A stretch of 7,005 nucleotides of DNA from a virus, in the IMG/VR virus record IMGVR_UViG_3300045988_027194, positions 1 through 7,005 of that record, one strand, 5' to 3'. The notes beneath the pieces were generated by a model. The model made no database searches, was not told the origin of the DNA, and was given only the letters and a program-made list of their open reading frames with translations. The position numbers and the translations under genes were made by a program. Below are positions 4,963 through 7,005 of the stretch, piece by piece. How positions within the stretch are numbered: position 1 is the stretch's first letter; each line of letters starts with the position of its first letter.

Positions 4963-6573
4963 ATGAAGTATTTTATATCTTGTAACAATCCTATTTTGGT
5001 AAATACTCGAAAGGGTTCTTTTTATGTTGCGTGCCATAAGTGTATCCAGTGCCAACTTACACGTAAAAATATAGATACCCTTTCTTTAGATTTGGAATCT
5101 CAGTACAATTCTAAGTATCAGGAATTTCTAACTCTTACTTTTAATGATGATTGTATTCCTTATCTCGATTTTTCATTTTTAGGTTGTGAAAGTGTAGATA
5201 CCGGCAATTTCTTTTCTGTTGATTCTGTTCTTAATTCTTATAAGTTTTCCAATAATGTTAAAAATCAGATGCCCTGTGTGCCTATTTGTTTTGGTAATCG
5301 TAAAAAAAGAATGTTTAACCCTCGGACTAAAAAATACGTTTTAGTTAAAGATAGATATTTTTCTAAACCTTTTTATAGTCCTTTTTATTCTTCTTTTTCT
5401 GTTAAAGATGTTGTTTTATATAATGATAGAGTTGAAAAATATTTTAAAAAATATCCTCGACGTTCTCGTGGTATTCGTAAACTGGGTATTGTTCCGATTC
5501 TTTGGAAAGAAGATTTACAGAGGTTCATCGACCGCCTCCGCCTCTACTTCAAAAGAATGTTTGGTGATAAAGCCACCTTTAAATATTTTGCGGTTGGCGA
5601 GTATGGAACTGAATCCCTACGTCCGCATTGGCATATTTTATTATTCCACAATTCCGATGCAATTCATAGAATTATTACGTCCTGTGACTCCGATAATAAT
5701 AACAAAAATCTTTCTAAGATTTGGCTCTACGGTAATATTTATACAGAGACCACTGACGGGCATATCTCTGACTACCTTTCGGGATATGTTAATTGCCATT
5801 CTCATCTCCCTGAAATTCTTTCGCCTTATCCACAGAAAAGATTTAAAAGTCTCTTCCTTGGAGAAGTCCGCTCGTACTCGTTTGTATCGTCTTGTCTCAA
5901 AGAAAAGCGATTTTCAGAGCTGTCAACTGTTAGCGTTATTAGTAAAAAAGGAGTTAAATCAGATGTTTCCGTTTCCTCTTCGCTTGTCAGTCGATTACTC
6001 CCAAGATATTCAGGTTATGGAGCGCAAAATGTTGATTCAGTTTATGAAACTATCTCCTGCGCTTATACGGTTTTACAGTCAACGGATTTAAATATTTATG
6101 ATGATTGTCAAATTCATGACTTTTTGTTTTTTTTAATTAAAAATCAATTTCATGGTATTTCACGTTTGGATTCTGCCTTGCGAGTTTTGCAATCTTATTG
6201 TTTAGATGTTGCTTTGCCTGCTTATTTTCGTGCTAATACCCTTAACCCTTTATATTCGTTATTTTATGCAGCTAAAAAATTGTATCGGCTTTCAGCCTTG
6301 TTTAATTTACATCCGCTTACCTACTTACGTAATGTTTTTGACTTTGTTTCGTGGTTAAATTATCAATCACTTATCTCTCATTTTAGTTTGCTTGAGATTG
6401 ATTATAATTTTGCTTATGAATATTACTCATGTATTTCTAAACATACTGGTATTTATAATTTAGACGTTTTACGTACACGTTCCCTTTTCCAACGTCAACA
6501 AATTGATGCTGCGATGTCTTGGGATTGCTGTATTAAACATAAAACCGTCTCTGATTCTTATAATGATTATTAA
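4963..6573 (+). CDS. Replication initiation protein VP4 (A-like HUH rolling-circle endonuclease), 536 aa
   Basis: The ATG at 4963 is preferred over the TTG at 4948. An N-terminal Cys cluster reads CHKCIQC. Motif 1 is FLTLTF (5125-5142). The HUH motif lies in GEYGTESLRPHWHILLFH (HWH at 5626-5634). The catalytic double-Tyr motif YLSGYVN (5773-5787) parallels the YVAKYVNK site of phiX174 protein A. Confidence 0.93.
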   Translation: MKYFISCNNPILVNTRKGSFYVACHKCIQCQLTRKNIDTLSLDLESQYNSKYQEFLTLTFNDDCIPYLDFSFLGCESVDTGNFFSVDSVLNSYKFSNNVKNQMPCVPICFGNRKKRMFNPRTKKYVLVKDRYFSKPFYSPFYSSFSVKDVVLYNDRVEKYFKKYPRRSRGIRKLGIVPILWKEDLQRFIDRLRLYFKRMFGDKATFKYFAVGEYGTESLRPHWHILLFHNSDAIHRIITSCDSDNNNKNLSKIWLYGNIYTETTDGHISDYLSGYVNCHSHLPEILSPYPQKRFKSLFLGEVRSYSFVSSCLKEKRFSELSTVSVISKKGVKSDVSVSSSLVSRLLPRYSGYGAQNVDSVYETISCAYTVLQSTDLNIYDDCQIHDFLFFLIKNQFHGISRLDSALRVLQSYCLDVALPAYFRANTLNPLYSLFYAAKKLYRLSALFNLHPLTYLRNVFDFVSWLNYQSLISHFSLLEIDYNFAYEYYSCISKHTGIYNLDVLRTRSLFQRQQIDAAMSWDCCIKHKTVSDSYNDY

Positions 6574-6583
6574 ATATTTTTTT

Positions 6584-7005
6584 ATGAAACGTTCTGATAT
6601 TGTTGGACTTCATCGTATTAAAAATAAGGTTTCTCGCAATTCGTTTGACCTTTCTCATCGACACATGTTTACCGCTCAGATTGGTGAAATTTTGCCTATT
6701 TTTTCTGAGTGGGTTAATCCTGGTGATACCTTAAAACTTGGTTATAATGGTCTTTCTCGTACTGCTCCATTGCAGACTGCTGCATTTACACGTTTAAAGG
6801 AGAATGTACAGTATTTTTTTGTCCCTTTCCAGTCTCTTTGGAAGTATTTCGAACAGGTTGTAACTAACATGACTGAGGGACAAAGTGGTGAAAATATCTC
6901 TAAGTTTGCTGCTTCTGCTTCTACTGCTGATAAACTTGGTACTTCACTTCCTTATATTGGTTATTTGGATTTGATTAAGGTTATTGATGCGCAACTTTCT
7001 GCTTG
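6584..7005 (+). CDS. Major capsid protein VP1 (F-like), N-terminal part; runs off the window end and continues at base 1
   Basis: ATG at 6584 lies 10 nt after the VP4 stop, and the frame is open to the window end. Translation: MKRSDIVGLHRIKNKVSRNSFDLSHRHMFTAQIGEILPIFSEWVNPGDTLKLGYNGLSRTAPLQTAAFTRLKENVQYFFVPFQSLWKYF... This has the typical Microviridae MCP N-terminus (FDLSH, PGD, R..P, YFFVP..LW). The frame (6584 mod 3 = 2) equals that of the 15..1718 ORF after subtracting 6950. Confidence 0.93.
   Translation, partial: MKRSDIVGLHRIKNKVSRNSFDLSHRHMFTAQIGEILPIFSEWVNPGDTLKLGYNGLSRTAPLQTAAFTRLKENVQYFFVPFQSLWKYFEQVVTNMTEGQSGENISKFAASASTADKLGTSLPYIGYLDLIKVIDAQLSA
6951..7005. repeat. Terminal redundancy copy 2 (identical to 1-55)
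   Basis: Exact 55/55 match to bases 1-55. It lies inside the open capsid reading frame that starts at 6584. Confidence 0.9.

Larger units (their letters stand above)
1..6950 (+). mobile_element. Complete circular Microviridae (ssDNA phage) genome unit, 6950 nt, circularly permuted within the capsid gene
   Basis: The window carries the Microviridae core set VP1, VP2 and VP4 plus a VP3-like ORF, all on one strand. The exact 55-nt overlap of the window ends closes the circle and joins the two capsid ORF halves in frame. Confidence 0.9.

Noticed and set aside
5408-6091. 227-aa ORF in the +1 frame inside VP4, by analogy to gene B inside gene A of phiX174
   Set aside because: The same pyrimidine-at-position-3 effect keeps this frame open. 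The protein has no recognisable features, and its start lies in no obvious initiation context. It is kept only as one possible explanation of the codon-usage shift reported in the findings.
5304-6134. Homopolymer runs inside VP4 (A7 at 5304-5310, T8 at 6127-6134) as programmed frameshift or phase-variation sites
   Set aside because: The VP4 frame reads through both runs uninterrupted to a full-length Rep containing all motifs. There is no downstream stimulatory structure and no productive alternative frame. They are only worth remembering as sequencing-error hotspots.
1-7005. tRNA, rRNA, CRISPR arrays, integrase or transposase genes, and toxin-antitoxin or known defence/anti-defence domains
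   Set aside because: There are no cloverleaf-like or rRNA-like segments and no regularly spaced repeat-spacer arrays. No ORF carries recombinase, transposase or other recognisable accessory-system motifs. The only repeats are the short ones reported above.

Overview
The window is one complete, circularly permuted genome of a Microviridae-family ssDNA phage. Bases 1-55 are repeated exactly at 6951-7005. The repeat lies in-frame inside the major capsid gene, so it is an assembly overlap of a 6950-nt circle, not a biological terminal repeat. All credible genes are on the + strand. In circular order they are: a cassette of four small ORFs (4178-4958, one a predicted lipoprotein); the replication initiator VP4 (4963-6573; HUH and YxxxY motifs); the major capsid protein VP1 (6584 through the junction to 1718, about 694 aa); a small acidic VP3-like protein (1748-2206); and the DNA pilot/minor capsid protein VP2 (2303-3643). 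A 534-nt non-coding region (3644-4177) closes the circle. It is dense in hairpins and palindromes. It also holds a 28-bp dif-like (XerC/XerD-type) motif and a Bacteroidota-style TAnnTTTG promoter box. Coding regions have very strong T at codon position 3, and gene starts lack Shine-Dalgarno sequences (typically TTTT-ATG). Together with the large capsid gene and genome size, this suggests a Bacteroidota-associated (Alpavirinae-like) microvirus. That assignment is inference, because no database search was possible. The points most worth follow-up are the dif-like candidate attP in a genome with no integrase, the lipoprotein and small-ORF accessory cassette, the Ser/Gly/Thr-rich capsid insertion, and an abrupt codon-usage change in the catalytic core of VP4.
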